Shown here in pieces: positions 52,491 to 64,000 of a stretch of DNA of 64,000 nt. Every line of letters begins with the position of its first letter. The stretch's first letter is position 1. The position numbers and the translations under genes were made by a program. The DNA is taken from the NCBI GenBank assembly GCA_002104905.1, contig MCFE01000076.1:1-64000 (forward strand), in the 5' to 3' direction. The DNA comes from Basidiobolus meristosporus CBS 931.73 (taxonomy: Eukaryota > Fungi > Basidiobolomycota). The notes beneath the pieces are model-generated. The model made no database searches. It worked only from the letters and a program-made list of their open reading frames with translations, and was not told where the DNA came from.

Positions 52491-55400
52491 TGTCATGATC
52501 ACATGACATCCCTGGTCTCCAATTAGCTAGCCAAATCAAGTCAGTGAAGAAATCCCAGTTCCTTCTAGAAAGTTCTGCTACATTCTAGCAACTTCTTGAA
52601 AGCTCCAAGTCAATGTTACACAACAGAACATTCTATGGAAGCTTCCCATTAGAGTCTATGTAGTCCCATGCCATATATGGTAGCTACATGTCACATGACC
52701 TAGTCACATGATCAGCTGACCCCTGACATATCTCCATGTGATATTCCAGTCTGTTCTTTAGTATATTCTATCTTGGCACACTTACTGTGCCTCACCCCAG
52801 AACCCCATCATTATTAGCCAATATGTCTTGGCATCCATATTGCCAAAAGGTATATATAGTCCTAACCCCCTTATGTATTCCTCAGTCTGATAAACACAGG
52901 TCTTGAATAAACAGCCTTGCCTTGGAAATCCGCCTTGCCTTGTTGATCCACACCTAAGTCCTTTCCTGGTCCTGCCTTGCCTAGCTCTACTCTCCTGCCT
53001 TGTGTCTATTCATAACAGTTTTATCAGGCTGCCCCTGACTTACATGTGGATCTCTGCCTTCTACCCAAAGTTCTTAAGAAGAAATTCTAAAGGAATACCT
53101 ACCGTAAGTATCACCCTGAATCTTTCCCTAGTCTTGTCCTCTAAAGGCAAAGATGCTTTATCTTTGTAAGATTATTAGCCAAAGCTGCATTCACTTTATT
53201 ACCCTGCTGGTGTAGTTTACAGTTGTTACAGTATTGGAAGCTTTAGTACAATACTCTATGAAGGACGTTGAAGCCAGTACCTTTTGAAGTGACAATAACT
53301 TATTCAAAGTTGGGGATTGTGGCTTAATAATTGTATTCTTGACAGACTAGTGGCTTTATAACCCACAAATTAGCTAGCAAAATCCAGTATTCCTGAACAA
53401 GTCCAAGAGACTTCTCCACCTCCTGTTACCATGACATGTCCAGCCCAGAGTATAACTTTGCAAGACTCATGGCTGCCTTTGCCCAGCTGCAACAAGACAG
53501 TGCGGACCTCAGAAACTCTGTTGCTCAACTCCAGAGCCAAAATGCTCAATAGCCTATCCAGGCTCCCTCCTACCATGATCCCAAGATCACTTCCACTACC
53601 AAGTTTAGTGGCTCCCAGAATGAATTCCAAGGTTTCATCAATATAGTGAAACACCACATGTCACTACAACCCAATCGGTTCCCAACAGATCAAGTAAAAG
53701 TTGGTTATTTCTCTAACCTGCTGACTGGAACTGCCCAGAAATGGTTCTGCCCTTTGGTGGAAACCAACTCCCCTCTACTCAGCAACTACCATGCCTTCCT
53801 CACAGAAATGGAGCTAACATTTGGCAACTTTGACCAAGCCAGAACTGCTGCCAACAAGATCAAGAACTTGAAACAAGGAAACAGACCTGCATCTATGTAT
53901 GCTTCTGAATTCCAGCTACTAGCCAGTGACTTGAGCCTTTGGGGTGACGCTGCCCTGATTAGTCAAATTCAAGATTGGCTCAATGATGAAGTCAGTGACC
54001 TACTTCTCACCCTCCCTGACCCAGCCACCTTGGGTGAAGATACTCATCAAGCAATCCAATGTGATAATTGTCTTTTCCAGAAGAAACAGAAATTCCAACA
54101 TACTTATCAGCCAACCTCCTTCCCAGTAATTCAGTCACCCAATACTAAGCCTGATGATCCTATGCAAATTGACAGTGCTAAATATAAGAAACTCACAAAA
54201 GAAGAAAGATCTAGATGTCAGCAGGCAAACCTCTGCCTTTACTGTGGACAGCCAGGCCACTTTGCCAAGTCTTGTCCTAACAACAAGTCCAGCTTCAAGC
54301 TCCTGCAATCTTCCAGTGAACAATCTTCTCCTGAACTATTGGGAAACTCCAATGTCCTGATCCAATGACAGGCTTGCAACTGGACCCTCCAATGAATATT
54401 CAGCACATTCAAGAAACATCTTACGCTACCAAGTCCACCCAGTCCTTAAGAATGCCTGTCAACATCCACATCCCTGAATCCAGCACTATCTGTGTCCTTG
54501 CCCTCATAGATTCTGGTGCTTCCTCCTGTTTCATTGACCAGTCATTTGTACAGAAGCACAAAATCCCCACTGTCCTGAAATCCTGTCCTGTCCAAGTAGA
54601 AGTTAATGATGGAAGGTCCCTCTCTTCTGGTGCTGTTACCCCTGAGACCTGTCTACTCCAGCTGTCCAGTACTGATCACCATGAGACACTAGCCTTCAAC
54701 ATTATCAACTCTCCACATTACTCCATAGTCCTTGGAAGCTCACGGCTTAGTCACCATAACCCAGCTATTGACTGAAAGACCAAAATCCTGACATTCCCCA
54801 GAATCCACCATGTCTACTCCACAAAACCACCTGATTTTTCAGGTAAAGAAGTATCCTTTCCTAAGCTACCCCATACACAGGAGCCCATCATCACTGAAGG
54901 AACTCCCTTCAATGGAATACCTGCCAAGTATCTAGAGTTTGCCCATGTCTTTGACAAGAAGAAAGCCAAACTACTCCCAGCCCATAGACCCTATGATTGT
55001 CCCATTGACCTTGAAGAAGGAAAAACCCCACCTTTTGGTCTTATTTATAACCTCTTGCAACTCAAGTTGAAAGAACTCCATGGCTATATTCAAGAAAACC
55101 TCCAGAAAGATTTTATTCAGCACTCCAAGTCCCCAGCTGGTGCCCCAATCCTCTTTGTCAAAAAAAAGGATGGTACCCTAAGAGTGTGTGTCAACAACTG
55201 TGCACTGAATAAGATCACAATCAAGAACTGGTACCCTTTACCCTTGATCAACACCCTGTTGGATCAACTCTCTGCTGCCAAAGTATTTACTAAAATTGAC
55301 CTCAGAGGAGCATATAACCTTGTCAGGATCAAGCCTGGTGATGAATGGAAAACTGCATTCAGAGCAAGATACGGTCATTTTGAGTATAAAGTTATGCCAT

Positions 55401-57470
55401 TTGGTCTCACCAATGCCCTAGCAGTCTTTCAACACCTGATGAATGACATCTTCCAAGAATGCCTTGACCAATTTGTGGTTATCTACCTTGATGACATCTT
55501 GATCTGCTCTAATACACAAGAAGAACATAACTCCCATGTCAAGAAAGTCTTGACCAAACTTGACACTGCTGGCCTCTATGCCAAATTGGAGAAATGTGAG
55601 TTTGACCAAAAAGAAGTTGAGTTCTTAGGTTATCTTATCAGCCCAAATGGAACAAGAATGGACCCCAAGAAAGTAGAAGCCATCCAGTCATGGAAAACTC
55701 CCTGTTCTGTAAATGAAGTGCAGTCCTACCTTGGATTTGCCAACTTCTATTGTAGATTTATTGCCAACTACTCCAAGATATTCACTCCCTTGACAAAGCT
55801 CACCCAGAAGAATCTGCCCTTTGCCTGGAATGAAGAACAGTCCAAGTCCTTTAATTACATCAAGAAATCCTTCTGATATGCTCCCCTGCTTGCTCACCCT
55901 GACCTTGAGAAACCTTTCATCATAGAAACTGATGCCTCTGACTTTGCACTTGGCGCAATCCTTTCCCAGTACAATGACAAGAATGTACTACATCCTATTG
56001 TATTCTACTTCAGGAAATTTACTCCTGCTGAAGTAAACTATGATATCTATGATAAGGAACTACTTGCAATCATTGTTGCCTTTGAGCAATGGAGACACTA
56101 CCTTGATGGTGCAGCCCAAAAGATAAAGATCTTCTGTGACCACAAGAGCCTTGAGTACTTTACCACCTCAAAAGTACTAAACTGGAGACAAGCCAGATGG
56201 TCCCTCTTCCTGTCCAGTTTTGACTTTGTCATCACCCATAGACCAGGAATAAAACAGGGAAAGCCTGATGTCCTTTCCAGAAAGGTGGAGTATTCCCTTG
56301 AAGAAGGGGATGATGCCTGTTGGCAAATGAAAAACCCAGTACGCAACAGAAGACACTTTGAGCTCCTTGCACCCAGTTGTCCAGTATTATTGCTCCCTCA
56401 CTCCTTGAGAAAGTCAAGGCCAGCCAAGCCACCAGTTCCATTGCCACAACAATCAAGAAATATCTCAAATCCTCCACTGAACCACCACCCAAGTTCCCAA
56501 ACCTCCAGTACCTACATCTAGTCAATGACATCATCTACCACAAGCACCAACTGTTTGATCCAGACCTTGATACCCAGTTGGATATCATCCATTCTCACCA
56601 TGACTCAATGGCTGCAGGACATTTTGATACTGCTAAAACCATGAATGCAATCAAGAGAGACTTCTGGTTGCCCAAGATGATATCTCTTGTCAAGAAGTAT
56701 CTCCAATCCTGTGATACATGTAACCGTGTAAAATCTGCTAGATACCAGCCATATGGACTTCTCCAACCCTTGCCAATCCCTGACCAGCAATGGATGTCAA
56801 TTTCAATGGACTTCATCACCAACCTCCCAGAATCCAACCAATTCAATTCAATCCTAGTAGTGGCAGATTGGCTCACCAAGATGGCTCACTTCATTACCTG
56901 CTCAAGAAACATAGATGCTAAGGAGACTGCCTACTTAGTGATCAAGAACATTTTCCAGCTCCATGGTATCCCCAGTGACATTGTATCAGATAGAGGACCC
57001 CAGTTCATATCAAAATTCTGGAAGCACTTCATGCAATATCATGGTGTGCAAGTCAAGCTCTCAACTGCTTTTCATCCACAGTCAGATGGCTAGACAGAGA
57101 GAATTAACCAGATCCTTGAACAATAACTCTGGTGCTATATTAACTATCAGCAAGACAACTGGACCCAACTGCTACCATTTGCAGAATTTGCCTACAACAA
57201 TTCATGTCATAGTGCCACAGGTCTCACCGCATTCTATGCAAATTATGATTTTCATCCGCAATTTGATGTTCAGATCCCAATCAACCCTATGAGCTCCCCA
57301 GCAGCTGAACATGCGTCAACAATTCTAGAAATCCAAGAAACACTCAAGAAAGAACTATCCTTAGCCCATGAGGGGTACAAGAAGTTTGCAGACCACAAAT
57401 GGCAGCCTAGCCCCAAGCTTAATGAAGGAGACTTAGTATGGCTCTTCAGAAGAAACATTGCTACCAGCCG
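52491..57470 (+). mobile_element. Ty3/gypsy element A (sushi/PEG10-like), degenerate and 3'-truncated
   Basis: LTR 52491-53344 (TGTCA...TGACA); capsid LLTGTAQKW, knuckle CLYCGQPGHFAKSC, protease LIDSGA, RT YLDD, RNase H ETDASD, integrase H2C2 and SDRGPQF...STAFHPQSDG. Breaks after RRNIATSR. Confidence 0.93.
54341..54347 (+). promoter_or_regulatory. -1 ribosomal frameshift slippery site G GGA AAC
   Basis: In gag phase (TTG GGA AAC); the -1 frame is open into the protease ORF 54365-54775. Confidence 0.8.
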
Positions 57471-57474
57471 CTGT

Positions 57475-58555
57475 GGTGGTGTATAGGTCCAAGGGAGAGA
57501 TACGTCCAACACTTCTCAAGTGTTTTGTGTGTGGGGTGTTCACTGGGTGCAATAACCTCTGGCAAAGCTTGCTAGGAATACTTGGGTTCTGTCTCTAATC
57601 TAATGTGAAGGGGAATAAAGCCACAAGCTTGTCAAGGGAAAACTATTGAGCTACAATCCCCAACTTAGTTGGCGTCTTAACAAAAGTATGTGCTGGATTC
57701 AGCGTCCTTTGAGATGACAATGTGCTAAAGCTTCCAAAGTCAAAACAACTGTAAACTCCACCAGCAGGGACGTGATAAGAATGCAGCTGTGGTCAATAGT
57801 TACAAAGACAGAAAAGTATCTTTGCCTGTACAAGAACAAACTTAGGAAAGAATCAAATATAATAAAAGATACCTACTCTGAGTATTCCTCACAAGTAGTG
57901 GCTCCAAGGTCAGTTGGCTGTCAGCATGGTTTCCTGGGAGTGTCCTGTGGTCTAGGGTTGGAAGTTCAGGTAGCAGCAGGTAGCAGTGATCACACTAATC
58001 AACAAGTTGGTATATTGATAAAAGGGATAATGATTTATTGTAGAGGGATAGCCTCCCTTATATACTTATCTCACTGGCTAAGCAATTACTAATCATGGTG
58101 TTCCAGAAGGTTCCGGATATCAATACAAATCTTAATGACATCAGAATGACCTAAGATTGTTCTAAGTAGGTGCCAGAAGGTTCTGAGAGGCACAGCACAT
58201 CCAACCAATCAGGAATCAGTATTCTGAAACCTGTGTATTATGGGGATACCATATATGGTATGGAAATGGTAGGGATGGTGACATGGGTTGATCATGTGTC
58301 ACAGGTACTGGTGCAGGTACTTGCCTAATATAGAAGTACTTATAGCTAGTAATCTTACATAAAGTGAGGGCTAACTTATGCAATAAGGTAAGCAGGTGTG
58401 ATAGTCAACCGGCTTATGGGATAGTACTGATTGGGTAAGACAAATGGGATAAAACTAAAATAAGTGTAGTAGAGATATAGGGAAGTAGAAAATAAGGGAA
58501 TGAGCACATCTGTCAGTGGGTGTCACTGTCACCCCACTACACCACCCTTGTGACA
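57475..58555 (-). repeat. Inverted 5' LTR plus leader of a gypsy subfamily related to element A
   Basis: 57630-57850 matches the reverse complement of 53115-53344 in blocks (ACAATCCCCAACTT, CTAAAGCTTCCAA, AACAACTGTAAACT.CACCAGCAGGG, GAATGCAGCT). The leader motif GTGGCTTTAT is conserved. Outer boundaries uncertain. Confidence 0.72.
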
Positions 58556-58567
58556 AATTAGACTACA

Positions 58568-61500
58568 AGAAAGTTCTACTACATTCTAGCAACTTCTTGA
58601 AAGCTCCAAGTCAATGTTGCACAACAGGACATTCTATGGAAGCTTCCCATTAGAGTCTATGTAGTCCCATACCATATATGGTAACTACATGTCACATGAC
58701 CTAGTCACATGATCAGCTGACCCCTGACATATCTCCATGTGATATTCCAGTCTGTTCTTTAGTATATTCTATCTTGACACACTCACTGTGCCTCACCCCA
58801 GAACCCCATCATTATTAGCCAATATCTCTTGGCATCCATATTGCCAAAAGGCATATATAGTCCTATCCCCCCTTATGTATTCCTCAGTCTGATAAACACA
58901 GGTCTTGAATAAACAGCCTTGCCTTGGAAATCCGCCTTGCCTTGTTGATCCACACCTAAGTCCTTTCCTGGTTCTGCCTTGCCTAGTTCTACTCTCCTGC
59001 CTTGTGTCTATTCATAATAGTGAGCAGTTCTTAGGGAAGGGGATTCTCTTGTTATAATCTGCCGCTTGAATGTTTAAGTTAGATCAGTTTTTAGTCAAAT
59101 CAATTAGTATATGTTTAGGTTATCAGTATATCAGTATTATCTATAAAATCAGTAGCATTAGTCAGTAAATGAATCAGCAGATCCTTATCAGACAGAAATA
59201 GATATATTAAGTAGGATCTTATTGGGTGATGATGATGCAATCAAATGAGTAATCAGCCACAACCTACATTAGGAAATACAATTAGTCAGCAATTTATCTG
59301 GCAAAATGTATATAAGGAGCTGCTGGAACCTCAATAAAAATCAGTTCAAGTTTTAGTGAATACAATACTAGCTAAACTCCCTATTCCTCTACAACTCTTA
59401 TACCAAGACTTGTAACATTGATAGCAGCAATAACCAGAAACCTCCCTCCGGAAGAAAGAAGAAACCACCCTCAAGATGTCAGACAATCAAGAATGGTAGA
59501 ATGCCATGCAGCAAATCCTGGCCCAACAGCAACAGTGACTCCAGATCCTCAGCCAACAGCAACAAGGAATGACTACCATGGCTCAGAGCCAGTAAAGCCC
59601 TGTCAAGAGCAACTTTAGTGGGAAGGTCAACCGGTACCATGGCAGAGTTAATGAAAACCTGGGAACTTGGCTCTTTCAGATTGAAGAAGCTTTTAAAGCT
59701 GAAGGAATTGCTCCAGAAAGCAGGTTGCATTATGCAGCTTCTTACCTGGCAGATGCAGCTTTACAGTGGTACCACAACAAGAACAGGTCAGCCACTATGA
59801 TGGGATGCGCTGCAATCTCTACCTGGGATGAGTTTGTGTTAGAAATTCAGGATGCTTTTGAACCTCCACACCATCAGACACTACTAAGAAAGAAGTTAAA
59901 GATACTCAGACAGAAAGGAATGATTCAAGAATACATCTATGAGTACAGATGTCTACTTGGACAAATTGAAGGAATGGACCCCCTGGATCAAGTTGAATAC
60001 TTTATTGATAGGTTGAAAGAAAGAACTTGCAAGGAAGTGAATTATTGAAGACCTCAGACTATTGAAGAAGCCATCAAGATTGCCATTGACTATGACTCAG
60101 CTATGTTTGGAGTTGGGAAGCCTACAGTGAGTAATCAGAAAGGCTACAATCATTATGAAAGAAGACTGTCAGAAGCAGTACCAATGAAAATAGATGCTAT
60201 GCTGAAGAATCCTACCTCAGAAGAATGTAAGAAGGAAGGACTTTGCTTCAATTGCCACCAGCAAGGACATATTGCAAAGTACTGCCCTCAGAGAAGAACT
60301 GGACACCAGCCATCAAGAACCTTTAACCGTAGTGAGGCCATGGAGCATAGTAGCATGGAGGATGAACTTGAAGAAGACTCAGAACTCATCTTCCACATGA
60401 CAGAAGAATACATATCCCAGATGACCTCAAACTCAGGAAAGCTATTATACTTGAATGGTGTAATCAATGGAGTACCTGCCAAGATCATGATTGACTCAGG
60501 AGCATTGCATGAGTACATGTCAGAGCAATTTGCTCTAAAAGCTGGAATCAACTCAGAACCTACCAAATCAACTTCAGTCTCAACAGCTGATGGGAACTCT
60601 CACATAATCAACCGTATTACTCAGCCAGTAAGAATGAGGATCAATGACTATGAAGAAGACCTACAGGCTTATATATTTGGGAACTGCAAGTTTGACCTTG
60701 TACTTGAAAAAAACTGGCTATTTTGTTGTAATCCATCAATCAACTGGAGAACCCATGCTACTCAGATCCAAAAAGACAACAAGACCTATGAGCTATTACC
60801 TGCCAGGCTGGATTTCAACTTGGTCAATTCCAGTATGTGTGAGACAAGTGAACTTAGCAAGACCCAGTTCTGTAGAGCACTTAGAAAAGGCACCCAGATG
60901 TTCCTCATGGCAGTATTACAGGAGGATTCCGCTACCCCAGCACCCCAGCAGGTCCAGACTCTCTTGAAGAAATATTCAGATGTGTTTCCAGATGAGCTTG
61001 TAAGCTTACCACCAGTCAGAGACATGGATCATGCCATTGACACAGGAGATAGCCCTCCAGTGAGCAAGACACCTCAAAGAATGAGTCCATTAGAATTGGA
61101 GGAAATGAAGAGACAAATTGATCAGCTATTGGAGCAAGGATACATCAGACCCAGCAAGTCACATTGGGGAGCACCAGTGCTTTTTGTGAAAAAGAAGGAT
61201 GGAACACTTAGGATGTGCATTGACTACAGAGCCCTGAACTCAGTGACTGTCAAGAATAAGTACCCCATACCTTGGATTGATGAGCTTTTGGACCAACTTA
61301 ATGGAGCCACTATTTTCAGCAAGATTGACCTCATGTCAGGATACAACCAGATTATGGTGAAGCCAGAAGACATCCCTAAGACAGCATTCAGGACCAGATA
61401 TGGACATTACGAGTACTTAGTCATGAGTTTTGGCCTCACCAATGCCCCTGCAACTTTCATGACCCCGATGCAGACTGTCTTCCAGGAGTACTTAGACAAG

Positions 61501-63999
61501 TTTGTCATAATCTACCAAGATGATATACTGATATACAGCAAGACAGAAGAGGATCACTTGGTGCACATTGAAAAGGTCTTGAAGAAGCTAAGAGAGAACA
61601 AGCTTTATGGCAAGCTACCCAAGTGTGAATTCTTCAAGGAACATGTTGAATATCTGGGACACATAGTGACTAGCACAGGAGTAACCTTAGACCCCAAGAA
61701 GGTGGAAGTAATCAAGAATCTGAAGCAGCCCCATAGCATATCAGAGCTTGGATTATTCCTTGGAATGGTTTCCCATTATTGGAGATTTGTCAAGCCCTTT
61801 GCAAGTATTGCAGCCCCTTTAACTGATATCCTCAAGAAAGACATTACCTACAAGTGGGACATAGCTTGTAAGACTGCCTTCCAGATGCCCAAGAATGAAC
61901 TTGCTAAGCTGCCAAGCTTAAGAATACCAGACTTCAGAAAAGAGTTCACTCTGTGCACTAATGCTTCAGATTATGCAATTGGTGGAGTGCTGAGCAAAGA
62001 ACATGAGGGAAAGGACAACCCTGTTGCCTTTGAGTCCAAGTAACTGAACTCAGCAGAACAAAACTATCCAGTCCATGAGAAGGAGATGCTTGCTATAATA
62101 CACTGTTTGAAGATATGGAGATGCTATATTGAAGGAGTCAAATGCACTGTGAAGACTGTTCATGCCTCCCTCAAGTATATATTTACTCAGAAGGTACTCT
62201 CTAGAAGAATGGCAAGATGGACTGAATACATTCAGCAATTTGACCTGGAGATTGTCTACTGCCCTGGAAAAAACAACACGGTTGCTGATGCCTTATCAAG
62301 ATTAGATCAAGTTGCACAACTCAACTTGGTGCATGAATCAGATTGGCCTAGCCTATTACCAAAGTACTTGGAGGACCAAGCCATTCCTAATGAGGTGGAC
62401 AAAGATATCAAGAAGATAATCCGTGATGAAGCCAGCAAATTTGTAGTACAGGATCAAACACTCTACCAAATTATTGATGGAAGCCCTATTGCCTATTGCC
62501 CTTATGTTTCTCACCTGGATTTAATACATAAGCTACACAATGGATATGGACATCTTGGAATTGAAGAAACCTATAGTCTTGTGAAAGCCAGTGCATGGTG
62601 GCACAGAATGAAATAAGACATTGAGAAGCTAGTGAAAACATACTCAAATTGCCAAATCTACTAAAGCCAATCACAGATAGTTGCCAAACTCTTTCCCTTG
62701 GAGCCTGTAAGTCCATTTGAAAGATGGGGAATTGACTTTACTGGAAGACTGCCAACTACCAGGAAATGCAAGCGTTGGATCCTAGTAGCAATTGACCATG
62801 CCACTAAATGGCCAGTTGCTAAAGCTGTACCAATAGCCAGTGAACAAGAAGTTGCAAGTATCGTTTACCATGAGATCCTGATGAAGTTTGGATGCCCTAT
62901 GGAGATCTTATCTGATAGAGGAGCAAGCTTTATGGCAAAGACATTAGAGGCTTACCTGGAAATGCAGCAGATCAGACACTTGAAAACCTTGGCATATCAC
63001 CCCAGAACTAATGGAGTCACTGAGCGGTTTAATGGATTATTTGGAAAAATGCTGACCAAGTATGCAAATGGAGTTGTCAGTAGATGGGATGAGTATATGG
63101 ACCAAGCACTCTTTGCATGCAGGGTCAGAGTACACAACACCACCCAGCAATCACCATTTTACTTTGTGTATGAATGTGAACCAAGGATTCCAGGAGATCT
63201 CACACAACCAAAGCTTACAAACACCTTAGAAGATGAACTCAGTCAGCTAAGTAGACACCTGCAACTAGAACAAAGATGTCAAGAGGCACAGACCAAACTA
63301 TCTCAAAGTGCAGAAAAGATGAAGCAGAGATTTGATAAGACTATAGCACCAGAAGCATTGAAAGTTGGGAACTTTGTATTGCTGAGAAACAACACTCAGA
63401 AGAAGTTTGAGCCACAATGGACAGGACCATTCAAGATCATCAGAGAATGTCCAGTTGCAACTTACCAACTGGTGGACAAACAAGGCAATATCCGGGAAGA
63501 CTTAGTGCATAGGGACAGACTCAAGCTTGCAAGACTTGCTGATAATACTGAACCATCAAGATATTGGTATCACAAGAGATTCAGGAGAACCCTCTCAACT
63601 TTAGTAGGGGAGAATGTTATGATCTGCCGCTTGAATGTTTAAGTTAGATCAGTTTTTAGTCAAGTCAATTGGTATGCGTTTAGTTTATCAGTATATCAGT
63701 ATTATCTATCAAATCAGTAGCATTAGTCAGTAAATGAATCAGCAGATCCTTATCAGACAGAAATAGATATATTAAGTAGCATCTTATTGGGTGATGAAGA
63801 TGCAATCAAATGAGTGATCAGCCACAACCTACATTAGGAAATACAATTAGTCAGCAATTGATCTTGCAAAATGTATATAAGGAGCTGCTGGAACCTCAAT
63901 AAAAATCAGTTCAAGTTTTAGTGAATACAATACTAGCTAAACCCCCTATTCCTCTACAACTCTTATACCAAGACTTGTAGCACTCTGAATATCTTGACA
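58568..63999 (+). repeat. LTR B (58568-59049 plus 63987-63999), split by gypsy element B
   Basis: 58568-59020 is about 97% identical to 52567-53018. After removing element B the sequence ends ...GGATTCTCTGAATATCTTGACA. Confidence 0.85.
59050..63982 (+). mobile_element. Full-length but inactivated Ty3/gypsy element B with 4-bp TSD CTCT
   Basis: LTRs 59050-59417 and 63615-63982 (368 bp, about 14 differences); PPT GGGGAGAA; PBS-like TGATAGCAGC. Gag and pol share one frame with scattered stops: CFNCHQQGHIAKYC, MIDSGA, YQDD, integrase WGIDFTG...SDRG...YHPRTNG. Confidence 0.96.
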
Positions 64000-64000
64000 A

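Noticed and set aside
52850-53360. Tf1-style self-priming for gypsy A or B
   Set aside because: Only 6-nt or gapped complementarity to the LTR, which is within chance.
52486-64000. LTR B as the 3' LTR of gypsy A
   Set aside because: The tails differ, and the single base after TGACA (A) does not match the left flank GAGAG. It cannot be tested further at the window edge.

Overview
Eukaryotic, fungal DNA: the actin is fungal-type and the genes carry 55-65 nt GT-AG introns with CTAAC/CTGAC branch sites. An early-diverging lineage such as Zoopagomycota is my inference and is not proven. A gene island (about 10.4-36.2 kb) is flanked by two nested transposon clusters (1-10.2 kb and about 43.4-64 kb). 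The island holds a PY-motif hypothetical protein, an intronless cytochrome P450 with an atypical I-helix, Eco1, actin, an RluA-family pseudouridine synthase, a membrane-anchored septin-like protein with degenerate GTPase motifs, a penta-EF-hand protein head-to-head with a TMEM16/anoctamin, and a two-finger C2H2 transcription factor with a 7 kb gene-free upstream region. The clusters hold three copies of one Ty1/copia family (one near-intact, with TSD and 98.9% identical LTRs), related solo or partial LTRs, a LINE relic, three Ty3/gypsy elements, a CACTA-like transposase relic and a 732-bp fold-back element. Best leads: (1) the septin-like / penta-EF-hand / TMEM16 trio, in which the TMEM16 appears to have lost TM6 Ca2+ ligands while sharing a 304-bp divergent promoter with a Ca2+ sensor; (2) the fold-back element; (3) a TATA-enclosing LTR hairpin with compensatory changes; (4) the P450 with Asn replacing the I-helix Thr. 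No tRNA, rRNA or CRISPR array was recognised. All alignments and counts were done by eye.
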